Shown here: positions 24,381 to 32,345 of the stretch, in pieces | Layout of the letters: every line of letters starts with the position of its first letter | How positions within the stretch are numbered: the stretch's first letter is position 1 | From: Candidatus Nomurabacteria bacterium | GTDB taxonomy: Bacteria > Patescibacteriota > Minisyncoccia > Phycocordibacterales > SBAW01 | Direction: 5' to 3' | Length of the DNA: 48,296 nt | Assembly (NCBI GenBank): GCA_943348815.1 | Contig: CALQYT010000001.1 | Coordinates: forward strand, 158,994-207,289 | Position numbers and translations under genes: made by a program | The notes under the pieces: model-generated | What the model was told of the DNA's origin: nothing | What the model saw: the letters and a program-made list of their open reading frames with translations, nothing else | Database searches by the model: none

Positions 24381-24992
24381 ATGGCTGACGAACAAGAAAT
24401 AATTGCTACTCCCGAAGATGTTGCTGCCCCCGAGGCGGTAGTCGCTGATATTGCTGCTGTTGCCCCCGCAGAAGGCGACCGTCGCGGTGGCCGCCAAGGC
24501 CGCGGCGGTGGTCGTGGTGAGCGTCGTGGGGGCCGCCAAGGTACCCGCCCGCCGCGCGTGCGCTCGGAGTTTGACCAAAAAATGATCACGATCCGCCGCG
24601 TAGCGCGCGTCGTTGCCGGTGGTCGCCGCTTCTCTTTCTCTGTCGCAATCATCATCGGCAACAAAAAAGGCAAAGTGGGTGTGGGCTTGGGCAAAGCAGG
24701 GGACACGACGCTCGCTATCGACAAGGCCGTACGCGATGCCAAAAAGCACATGATCACGGTGCCGCTGAGCAAAGACAACTCCATCCCGCACGATGTGTCG
24801 GCTAAGTACTGTGCCTCGCACGTACAAATGCAGCCGGTGCGCGGTCGCGGTTTGGTTGCCGGTTCGTCGGTACGCCCGGTGCTCGAGTTGGCCGGCATCA
24901 GCAACACCATAGCCAAACTTCACTCGGGTTCTAAAAACGGTCTCAACAATGCCCGCGCCGCGATAGAAGCTTTAAAGAAGCTTAAAGCTTAA
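24381..24992 (+). CDS. rpsE: 30S ribosomal protein S5 with acidic plus RGG-rich N-terminal extension
   Basis: RVARVVAGGRRFSFSVAIIIGNKKGKVGVGLGKA motif. About 60 extra N-terminal residues, including GDRRGGRQGRGGGRGERRGGRQG. Confidence 0.93.
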   Translation: MADEQEIIATPEDVAAPEAVVADIAAVAPAEGDRRGGRQGRGGGRGERRGGRQGTRPPRVRSEFDQKMITIRRVARVVAGGRRFSFSVAIIIGNKKGKVGVGLGKAGDTTLAIDKAVRDAKKHMITVPLSKDNSIPHDVSAKYCASHVQMQPVRGRGLVAGSSVRPVLELAGISNTIAKLHSGSKNGLNNARAAIEALKKLKA

Positions 24993-25085
24993 GTATCAAA
25001 TTACAAGTACCAAATAACAAACAAGTATCAAAATTTAAAGTATCAAACTTGAAACTTGACATCTAATACTTGATACTTACACTTT
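24993..25085 (+). repeat. AT-rich word-repeat spacer, family 2 copy B
   Basis: See 13571-13679. The internal inverted words AAGTATCAA / TTGATACTT could form a hairpin. Confidence 0.7.
25049..25077 (+). promoter_or_regulatory. sigma70 promoter TTGAAA-17-GATACT for rplO
   Basis: Hexamers at 25049-25054 and 25072-25077. Only 8 nt separate the -10 from ATG 25086. Confidence 0.45.
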
Positions 25086-25523
25086 ATGCAACTCAACGAA
25101 CTAAAACGCAAAACCCCGTACAAAGGCATCAAGCGCATTGGCCGTGGCCGCGCCTCCGGCAAAGGCAAGACCGCCGGCAAAGGTACCAAGGGTCAGAAGG
25201 CGCGCGCCGGTCACAAGATCCGCCCCGATGTCCGCGAAAAGCTCAAGAAGCTCCCTAAATTGCGCGGTTACAACTTTGCTACCATCCAGCGCAAGCCGGT
25301 AGTGATCAACCTTTCGGTACTCGAAACCGTTTTTAGTAACGGCGATACGATCAACCCAACGGTTTTGCGCGAGCGTCATGTGGTGCGCGGCCCCAAAAGC
25401 AGAAAATTGGTAGTCAAAATCCTCGGCGACGGCGAACTCACTAAAAAACTCGTCATCCAAGGCTGCGCCGTATCGGGCAGCGCACGACAAAAGATAGAAA
25501 AAGTGGGCGGCACAATAAGTTAA
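25086..25523 (+). CDS. rplO: 50S ribosomal protein L15
   Basis: GRGRASGKGKTAGKGTKGQKAR motif. Confidence 0.93.
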   Translation: MQLNELKRKTPYKGIKRIGRGRASGKGKTAGKGTKGQKARAGHKIRPDVREKLKKLPKLRGYNFATIQRKPVVINLSVLETVFSNGDTINPTVLRERHVVRGPKSRKLVVKILGDGELTKKLVIQGCAVSGSARQKIEKVGGTIS

Positions 25524-25525
25524 AC

Positions 25526-25551
25526 TCGAAATCCGAAGCACGAAATTCGAA
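25526..25551 (+). repeat. family 1 cassette CTCGAAATCCGAAGCACGAAATTCGAA
   Basis: Abuts the secY ATG at 25552. Confidence 0.75.
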
Positions 25552-26823
25552 ATGAATTCTTTTTTCCAAAAACTCACGCTCCTCATTGCCGATCCGGCGT
25601 TGCGCAACCGCTTGCTGTTTGTCATTGGCGCGCTCGCCGTCTTTCGTATACTCGCGGCTATCCCGATCCCCGGCATCAACGCTGCGCAGCTCGAACTCTT
25701 TTTTAATAACAACCAATTTTTTGGGTTGCTCAACCTCTTTTCTGGCGGCGGGCTCTCTAACCTCTCGCTCGTGATGCTCGGCGTTGGCCCCTACATCACC
25801 GCATCCATCGTCATGCAGCTGCTTACCCTCATGATCCCGCAGCTCAAGGCCCTGTATCAAGAAGAGGGCGAGATTGGCCGCCAAAAATTTAGCATGTACA
25901 GCCGTTGGCTCACGCTCCCTATTGCAGTAGTGCAGGGTATCTCCTTCCTCATCATCCTCGAGCGCCAGGGCGTCTTGCCATCGCTCGGTTACTTTGGCTT
26001 TGCGGCTAACGTCCTTACCATTGTTGCCGGCTCGATGTTGCTCATGTGGATCGGCGAACTTATTTCGGAGTATGGCCTCGGCAACGGTGTCTCGGTTCTC
26101 ATCTTTGCCGGTATTGTTGCACGCTTGCCACAAAACTTTTCGCAACTCATCTTTAGCTTCGACCCGGCACAAATTCCTTCATACCTCGCATTTTTGGTTG
26201 CGGCGCTCGCGGTCATTGCGGCGGTCGTGTTTATCACCGAGGCCGAGCGGCCGGTGCCCGTGACCTATGCCAAACGTGTCCGCGGGATGAAATTTTTTGG
26301 CGGCTCATCCACCTACTTGCCCCTGCGTCTTAACCAAGCGGGCGTGATCCCGATCATCTTTGCGCTCTCGTTCCTGCTTATCCCGCAAATGTTTGCGAGC
26401 TTCTTCCAAACGAGCTCGGTTGCGGTGTTGGCCAATACCTCGGCGTGGATACTGAGTGTGCTGCAAAACCTGCCGGTCTACGGCGTGTGCTACTTCCTCT
26501 TGGTGTTTCTCTTTACCTACTTCTACACCGCGGTTACGTTTGATCCGCACCAGATCGCTGAAAACTTGCAAAAGAATGGCGCCTTTATCCCCGGTGTACG
26601 CCCTGGCAACTCGACCCAAGAATATTTGGGTTCGGTCATCACGCGTATTACGTTTGTCGGCGCACTCTTCTTGGGTATCATCGCCGTGTTGCCAATCATC
26701 ATGCAATCCTTCACCGGCATCCAGTCTCTGGCGCTTGGCGGTACGGCACTCTTGATAGTTGTCTCGGTTATTTTGGACCTCGCTCGTCGCATCGACGCGC
26801 AAATCTCTATTCGGGAGTATTAA
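25552..26823 (+). CDS. secY: preprotein translocase subunit SecY
   Basis: 423 aa, 10 TM. LGVGPYITASIVMQLL and GELISEYGLGNGVSVLIFAGI motifs. Confidence 0.95.
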   Translation: MNSFFQKLTLLIADPALRNRLLFVIGALAVFRILAAIPIPGINAAQLELFFNNNQFFGLLNLFSGGGLSNLSLVMLGVGPYITASIVMQLLTLMIPQLKALYQEEGEIGRQKFSMYSRWLTLPIAVVQGISFLIILERQGVLPSLGYFGFAANVLTIVAGSMLLMWIGELISEYGLGNGVSVLIFAGIVARLPQNFSQLIFSFDPAQIPSYLAFLVAALAVIAAVVFITEAERPVPVTYAKRVRGMKFFGGSSTYLPLRLNQAGVIPIIFALSFLLIPQMFASFFQTSSVAVLANTSAWILSVLQNLPVYGVCYFLLVFLFTYFYTAVTFDPHQIAENLQKNGAFIPGVRPGNSTQEYLGSVITRITFVGALFLGIIAVLPIIMQSFTGIQSLALGGTALLIVVSVILDLARRIDAQISIREY

Positions 26824-26881
26824 TTGCTCTCATAAGTTAGAAGTGCTATTTTGACCTTGGAATTCCGGAATCGTTCCGGAT

Positions 26882-27727
26882 ATGGCCAGTGGTTGGGGCC
26901 TGAAGTCACATATCACCACCTTGAGCGTTGCTCTCGTACAACGCGGGGTCTTTGACATGAGGTTCAGGACAGGCGAGTCGCAAGACATCGGCAATGGTTC
27001 AGCGATTGCATTTTGGGGTCGGCGCGAGCTGAGCTCTGACGTGGCAATGCCGCAAGGCCCTCTCTTCGTGCGGCAGGGTGTGGAACTTCTTATGCAAGCA
27101 GAAATTGCCTGCACAAAAGTACCGCACCATAGTACCCGAGCTGCACTGATGCACGGACACAAGCAGGCGCTCGTCCGCAGTTTGGAAGAGCGTGCGGAAA
27201 GAGAATGGGGGATGCCCTACGATCTCAGGGTTGAAGAAAGTTACCCGTTGCTGGGGGCGGACTGGATCCGGTTGAGGTTCCGCTACTGCGTATACAAACC
27301 GCCCTCAGACCCAGCTTCGTTCCTTAAGCAATACGCCGGTCATCTCAAGCGGTGTTGGACCTTGATCGAGTGGATCGAGTTTCGGTGGGATGGGAAAGCA
27401 GAGGAGTTGGGTTTGGAATGCCCAATCCTTCCGCATGACATCACGTTCAAACAAAAAAATATCGAAATACTGCCACCGTTCCATAAAACATGTCGCCACC
27501 TCTTGGCCGTAGCCCAAAAGACGGACATGAGCTTCTGGCCGGCACTTGGTACGGCACGTTTGGGAGTAGGCCTTTCCGACGAAATGCGCCCCGAACTTGA
27601 TAGTCTCGTGCGGAGAGGATATCTGTTGCCGTGGGACCAACAATACAACTTAACTCAGCGGTTTGCGGTTGAGATGTGGAAGTGGTCTATCGGCGAACCA
27701 AATCAGCTCATTCCCGCCTCGGCTTAA
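26882..27727 (+). CDS. hypothetical protein
   Basis: 281-aa ORF between secY and adk. No motif. Start uncertain. Confidence 0.5.
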   Translation: MASGWGLKSHITTLSVALVQRGVFDMRFRTGESQDIGNGSAIAFWGRRELSSDVAMPQGPLFVRQGVELLMQAEIACTKVPHHSTRAALMHGHKQALVRSLEERAEREWGMPYDLRVEESYPLLGADWIRLRFRYCVYKPPSDPASFLKQYAGHLKRCWTLIEWIEFRWDGKAEELGLECPILPHDITFKQKNIEILPPFHKTCRHLLAVAQKTDMSFWPALGTARLGVGLSDEMRPELDSLVRRGYLLPWDQQYNLTQRFAVEMWKWSIGEPNQLIPASA

Positions 27728-27739
27728 ATGCTGGGGTTT

Positions 27740-28303
27740 TTAATTTGTGGCGAGCCACTCGTTGTATTTTTGCAAAATAAGCTGGATCACTTGCTCAAGA
27801 TTGTGTTCATTGGTGTCGATTACTAAATCAAACGCGCTTTCGGTAGGGTAGTCGATGTTGTAAAGCGTTTTGTAGCGCATCTTTTCGCTCTCGATTCGGC
27901 GCACCAAATGCGTATAAATTTCCTCTTCGGTGTTTCCGTCTTGGTTAAGCCGACCTTGCTGCTGCATTTGCATAAACGTTCGCTTGGCAGCGATGCGCGG
28001 ATCGAGTTTGAGTAACACCTTAAACGACTCAGGCAACCAATAAAACGCTATGCGCGAGTCCATAACCAGGTCAGTTTGCTCGCCCGTTTCGCGAATTTTA
28101 GCGTCTATAGCCGCATCAATAGAATTATCTTTTTCTGCAAGATGCTGCATCTGGTCGATAGTGAGCCCCCGCTCAAGCCCGAGTTGACGCATAAAATCGC
28201 CCGAGGAAAACCTCTTATAGCTAAGTGCTTTGGCAACCCCATTGGCCGTGCTGGACTTGCCTGTACCAGGGAGCCCGGAGATCGTGATTATCCTCTTCTT
28301 CAT
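27740..28303 (-). CDS. P-loop nucleoside monophosphate kinase, cytidylate-kinase-like
   Basis: ITISGLPGTGKSS Walker A, plus the SSGDFMRQ and VMDSR pattern of the archaeal-type CMP kinase family. Family unverified. Confidence 0.7.
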   Translation of the reverse strand: MKKRIITISGLPGTGKSSTANGVAKALSYKRFSSGDFMRQLGLERGLTIDQMQHLAEKDNSIDAAIDAKIRETGEQTDLVMDSRIAFYWLPESFKVLLKLDPRIAAKRTFMQMQQQGRLNQDGNTEEEIYTHLVRRIESEKMRYKTLYNIDYPTESAFDLVIDTNEHNLEQVIQLILQKYNEWLATN

Positions 28304-28330
28304 TTGGGTTAACTACGCTACTATACTCCA

Positions 28331-28921
28331 GTGGAACAACAAACGATACTATTTTTAGGCCCCCAGGGTTGCGGCAAGGGGACCCAGCTTAAGCTTTTGG
28401 CCGAGCATTTACAAAAGGTCGACCCTACCCGCACGATACTCGAACCCGCCATGGGCAATATGCTGCGCGAGCTCTCCGAACGCCCCAACTACACCGGGCG
28501 GCTACTAAAGCCGATTTTGGCCGAAGGCAAGTTGGTCGAGTATGCAATTAGCGTTTCGGTGTTTGGCAATTATGTGTTTGAGCATATGGAAGAAAATCAG
28601 CACCTCATGATTGACGGCTTTCCGCGCACCGTTGAGCAGACAACCCTGCTCGACTCGCTCTTCCGTTTTTATAATCGCACTAACCCCACGATTGTCCGCA
28701 TCGAAATTTCGGACGAAGAGGCACTCAAGCGTTTGTTGGGTCGGCACCGCAGCGATGATACCGAAGAAAGTATCCGCACCCGCTTGGCGTGGAGCCGCAA
28801 GTCTGAACAAGAAATAAAAGAATGGGCCAACAAACAAGGCCACCGCTTTGTCGAAATTAACGGCGAGCACCCGATTGAAGAAACCCAGCGTCTTATCCGC
28901 GAGGCGCTTAACGTCGCATGA
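28331..28921 (+). CDS. adk: adenylate kinase (short lid, no zinc knuckle)
   Basis: GTG start. LGPQGCGKGTQ P-loop. IDGFPRT motif. Confidence 0.9.
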   Translation: MEQQTILFLGPQGCGKGTQLKLLAEHLQKVDPTRTILEPAMGNMLRELSERPNYTGRLLKPILAEGKLVEYAISVSVFGNYVFEHMEENQHLMIDGFPRTVEQTTLLDSLFRFYNRTNPTIVRIEISDEEALKRLLGRHRSDDTEESIRTRLAWSRKSEQEIKEWANKQGHRFVEINGEHPIEETQRLIREALNVA

Positions 28922-29727
28922 TCGTTACGACCGATGAACAAAAAAAGGCATTGCGTGCTGCGGGCAAAATACTCGCCGGCGTATTGAGTGATGTCGGCGC
29001 GATGGTTAAAGACGGCGTTTCGTGCGCCGAGTTAGACCTGGCCGCCGAGCACGCCATCCGCACCCGCGGTGCGGTGCCCGCATTTTTGGGTTACACCCCG
29101 GCAGGATCGGCCCATCCGTACCCCGCAACGCTCTGCGTGTCGATCAACGACGAGGTGGTGCATGGCTTGCCCCATGCCGAAAAAATTTTACGCAATGGCG
29201 ATATCGTGACACTTGATGCGGGGCTCAGTTACAACGGCTATTTTGTCGACGCAGCGCGCACGCTGATTGTCGGCTCGGTCGTGCAATTTGAAACAACAGG
29301 AGAAAAGTCGCTCGCGCCCTCGACTGCCGACCCACAAGCGCACAAGTTAGTGTCTGCGACACACGAGGCACTGCAGGGGGCCATCGCTGCGGCGCGCGTT
29401 GGTGGGCGTGTGGGCGATATCGGTGCGGCTATTGTGCGTGTTGCACGTAAATATAATTTGACCCCGGTTGAAGAACTCGGCGGGCATGGGGTGGGCGAAA
29501 GCGTCCACGAAAAGCCCTTCATCCCCAACAGTGCCGGTGCGGGCGAGGGCGAAGTATTGAAAGAGGGGATGGTGCTCGCGATAGAACCAATGCTCGCCGA
29601 GGGCAAGGGCGCGATTATTTTAGACAAAGATCAGTGGACCTACCGCATGCGTGACCGCAAACGCGCGGCGCATTTTGAAGATACAGTCATCTTAGGCAAA
29701 AACGGCCCCGAAGTTTTGACGGCTTAG
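28918..29727 (+). CDS. map: type I methionine aminopeptidase
   Basis: INDEVVHGLP, VTLDAG, GGHGVG and LAIEPM metal-site motifs. ATGA overlap with adk. Confidence 0.93.
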   Translation: MIVTTDEQKKALRAAGKILAGVLSDVGAMVKDGVSCAELDLAAEHAIRTRGAVPAFLGYTPAGSAHPYPATLCVSINDEVVHGLPHAEKILRNGDIVTLDAGLSYNGYFVDAARTLIVGSVVQFETTGEKSLAPSTADPQAHKLVSATHEALQGAIAAARVGGRVGDIGAAIVRVARKYNLTPVEELGGHGVGESVHEKPFIPNSAGAGEGEVLKEGMVLAIEPMLAEGKGAIILDKDQWTYRMRDRKRAAHFEDTVILGKNGPEVLTA

Positions 29728-29769
29728 CCGCATTGCAAAAAAGGCGAGGGTGTTGTAGAGTTGCTCGCA

Positions 29770-30351
29770 ATGAATCCCAAGGAAGAAAAGACATTCGTGC
29801 TTATTAAACCCGACGGCGTACGCAAGGGCTTGGTGGGCGAGATTATCAAACGCTTCGAGCAGCGCGACCTTAAAGTAGTTGCGGTAGAGATGTTCCACCC
29901 CAGCCGCCGCGAGATGGATGGGCACTATCCGAAAGACGAAAAGTGGCTGCGTCGCATTGGCGAAAAGACGATGGCCAACTATGTTAAGTACGGCTACAAC
30001 GTTAAAGATGACTTTGGCACCTCCGACCTCATCCGCATCGGCAAAACCGTGCGCAGCTGGCTCCTCGACTTTATGTCCTCGGCACCAATGGTTAAAGTAG
30101 TGGTGCAGGGTGTGCACGCAGTAGATATGGTGCGCAAGATTGTGGGCCCCACGATGCCCAACACCGCCGAAATGGGTACGATCCGCGGCGACTACTCGGT
30201 CGACTCGGCCGTCTCGGCCAATATCGAAAAGCGCGCGGTGTTTAACTTGGTGCACGCCAGCGAAACTCCTGCCGAGGCCAAGCACGAAATTGCGCACTGG
30301 TTTGGCAAAAAACCCGTTTTCAAATATAAACGTTTTGGGGTTGATGAATAA
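29770..30351 (+). CDS. ndk: nucleoside diphosphate kinase (long form with insertion)
   Basis: TFVLIKPDGV and NLVHASE (catalytic His) motifs. Start at ATG 29770. Confidence 0.88.
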   Translation: MNPKEEKTFVLIKPDGVRKGLVGEIIKRFEQRDLKVVAVEMFHPSRREMDGHYPKDEKWLRRIGEKTMANYVKYGYNVKDDFGTSDLIRIGKTVRSWLLDFMSSAPMVKVVVQGVHAVDMVRKIVGPTMPNTAEMGTIRGDYSVDSAVSANIEKRAVFNLVHASETPAEAKHEIAHWFGKKPVFKYKRFGVDE

Positions 30352-30388
30352 AGTTTTCCACCAGTAAAATTTTTGTTTTGGGACGGTT

Positions 30389-30397
30389 TGGTATACT
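30389..30397 (+). promoter_or_regulatory. extended -10 promoter element TGgTATACT
   Basis: TG at 30389-30390 and TATACT at 30392-30397. No good -35. Confidence 0.4.
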
Positions 30398-30401
30398 AGG
30401 G

Positions 30402-30519
30402 GTAGGGTTTCGGAGGCAAAGTCCTTACTAACACACAGGGAGCTCGAGGTGGGTGGCTTAACAGCCACTCGGTAGGGCACCCACCTAGTGAAAACTAGGA
30501 CGAGCCTCCGGAATCCTAC
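30402..30519 (+). ncRNA. candidate small structured RNA or cis-regulatory leader, family unknown
   Basis: 16-bp closing helix (30402-30417 with 30504-30519) encloses nested helices at 30421-30425/30497-30501, 30427-30430/30486-30489 and 30448-30455/30478-30485. Confidence 0.45.
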
Positions 30520-30525
30520 AGACAG

Positions 30526-30546
30526 CCCCGCCGATGGCGGGGTTTT
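30526..30546 (+). terminator. intrinsic terminator
   Basis: CCCCGCC-GAT-GGCGGGG followed by TTTTCTGT. Confidence 0.7.
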
Positions 30547-30580
30547 CTGTACCGCAAACAAAAAGGTACAATGCAGACAC

Positions 30581-30967
30581 ATGTCTTGGCTGTATAACAC
30601 GCTCGCCCTGGCCGTCACCGGGCTCATTGGATTTTTATATTTGTACGGCATCGATAACTCGCTTTTTTGGCGTTACGACTGGTATGATGCGCCGCTCCAC
30701 ATTTTAGGCGGGGTGGTTATTGGCTTGTGGGGGAGCGCGGTGCTGAGCCGCATATCTTTGCGGCCGCTCTATACCACACTCGCGATCCTGCTGTTTGCTC
30801 TGGTAGTTGGCGGGGGGTGGGAGGTGTTTGAGCGATTGGCGGGGCTCACGAGCACCTCGCAGCCGGGGTATTGGATTGACACCCTGCAAGATGTTTTTTG
30901 CGACATTGGCGGAGCGCTTGCGGTGATGAGTTTGTACTGGGCACTGCACAAACCGCGCCATGAGTAG
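30581..30967 (+). CDS. hypothetical 4-TM membrane protein
   Basis: MSWLYNTLALAVTGLIGFLYLYG and three further helices. Start at ATG 30581 within ORF 30488-30967. Confidence 0.6.
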   Translation: MSWLYNTLALAVTGLIGFLYLYGIDNSLFWRYDWYDAPLHILGGVVIGLWGSAVLSRISLRPLYTTLAILLFALVVGGGWEVFERLAGLTSTSQPGYWIDTLQDVFCDIGGALAVMSLYWALHKPRHE

Positions 30968-32342
30968 CACACTCCAGTTTTGTGGCGGCGCGGGTGCCGT
31001 GACGGGCTCAAATTTTTTGCTCGAAGTGGATAGCCCCTCGCCGGAGCTCGGGACGATTAGCACAAAGCTGCTAATCGACTGCGGTTTGCAACAAGGGATG
31101 GGCGAGGAGCATAACTGGGAGCCGTTTTCCTACGACCCAAAAGAAATTGCGTATTTGTTTGTCACGCACGCACACCTCGACCATATTGGCCGCATCCCCA
31201 AGTTGGTCAAAGAGGGGTTTAGGGGTCAGATTATTTCGACCAAAGCCACGCGTGCGCTGATCGAGCCGCTGTTACAAGATGCGCTCGAAATTTTGCAGCA
31301 TCACGCGCATCATCAAAACAAACCCGAATTATATGCGGCGGATGACGTTGCCGCAGCTCTCGCCTTGTGGCGCGGGGTTGGCTATCACGAAAAGATTTCT
31401 GTTGATGATATAGAAGTTGAGCTATTGGATGCCGGACATATTTTGGGCTCGGCGATGGTCCAGCTGACGCGAGGAAACAAAAAAATACTTTTTACCGGCG
31501 ACTTGGGTGGGGGCAATAGCCCGCTTTTGCCGCCGACCGAAGATGTTGTGGGTGCTACCTACGTGGTGATGGAGGGGACCTATGGCGATCGCACGCGACC
31601 CGAGGACAGCGGCCGGTTTGCACAACTGGAGGATGTAATTGAAGACGCCATGGCACGTGGAGGCACCTTAGTGATACCGGCGTTCTCCACCGAGCGCACG
31701 CAAGACTTACTTTTTGATATCCGCAAACTCTACCTCGAAAAGCGCGTGCCGCTCGTGCCGGTGTATCTCGACTCGCCGCTTGCCGAAAAAATAACCAGTG
31801 CGTACTTGGCACACCCAGAATATTTTTCGGCAGATATCCGTGCGCGGGTGGAGGGAGGCGAACAAATTTTTTCCTTCGAACAGTTACACTATGCCGCCAC
31901 GATGGACGAGTCGCGCAAGCTCGACCTGATGGCCGGGAGCAAAATTATTTTAGCGGGCTCGGGGATGAGTAGCGGCGGGCGCGTGTTTGGCCACGAGAGG
32001 CAGTACTTGCCCGACCCTAACTCGACGCTGTTAGTGGTGGGCTACCAGGCTGCAGGCACGCTGGGTCGGCAGCTGATTGAGGGCGTCAAAACGCTAAAGA
32101 CGTACAAAGAAAGTATCCCCGTAAAGGCTAAAATTGAGACACTCTATGGCTACTCGGCCCACCGCGATGGGGAAGGGCTGCTCGAGTTTGCCAACAAAGC
32201 GGCCGAAAGTGGCACCAAAGAAATTTTTGTCGTGCATGCGGAACCATCGGCGGCAATGTTTTTGGCGCAGCGCATTCGCGATTATTTAAGTGTTAAAGCG
32301 TCTGCGCCCAGCGTTGGCGACCGCGTTGTGTTAGAATTTTAG
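30960..32342 (+). CDS. MBL-fold beta-CASP family hydrolase (RNA-metabolising nuclease-like)
   Basis: THAHLDHIG (HxHxDH) motif, a later GDLG... motif and a C-terminal HA motif. 460 aa. 8-nt overlap with the upstream gene. Confidence 0.8.
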   Translation: MSSTLQFCGGAGAVTGSNFLLEVDSPSPELGTISTKLLIDCGLQQGMGEEHNWEPFSYDPKEIAYLFVTHAHLDHIGRIPKLVKEGFRGQIISTKATRALIEPLLQDALEILQHHAHHQNKPELYAADDVAAALALWRGVGYHEKISVDDIEVELLDAGHILGSAMVQLTRGNKKILFTGDLGGGNSPLLPPTEDVVGATYVVMEGTYGDRTRPEDSGRFAQLEDVIEDAMARGGTLVIPAFSTERTQDLLFDIRKLYLEKRVPLVPVYLDSPLAEKITSAYLAHPEYFSADIRARVEGGEQIFSFEQLHYAATMDESRKLDLMAGSKIILAGSGMSSGGRVFGHERQYLPDPNSTLLVVGYQAAGTLGRQLIEGVKTLKTYKESIPVKAKIETLYGYSAHRDGEGLLEFANKAAESGTKEIFVVHAEPSAAMFLAQRIRDYLSVKASAPSVGDRVVLEF

Positions 32343-32345
32343 GTA

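Noticed and set aside
30402-30519. Small SRP (4.5S) RNA, suggested by the hairpin-like shape, the size of about 118 nt and the presence of its own promoter and terminator.
   Set aside because: The apical region lacks the conserved domain IV features (GNAR tetraloop, GGAAGCAGCC-type symmetric loop). I also saw no match to the ykkC, c-di-GMP, fluoride or Mn riboswitch cores.
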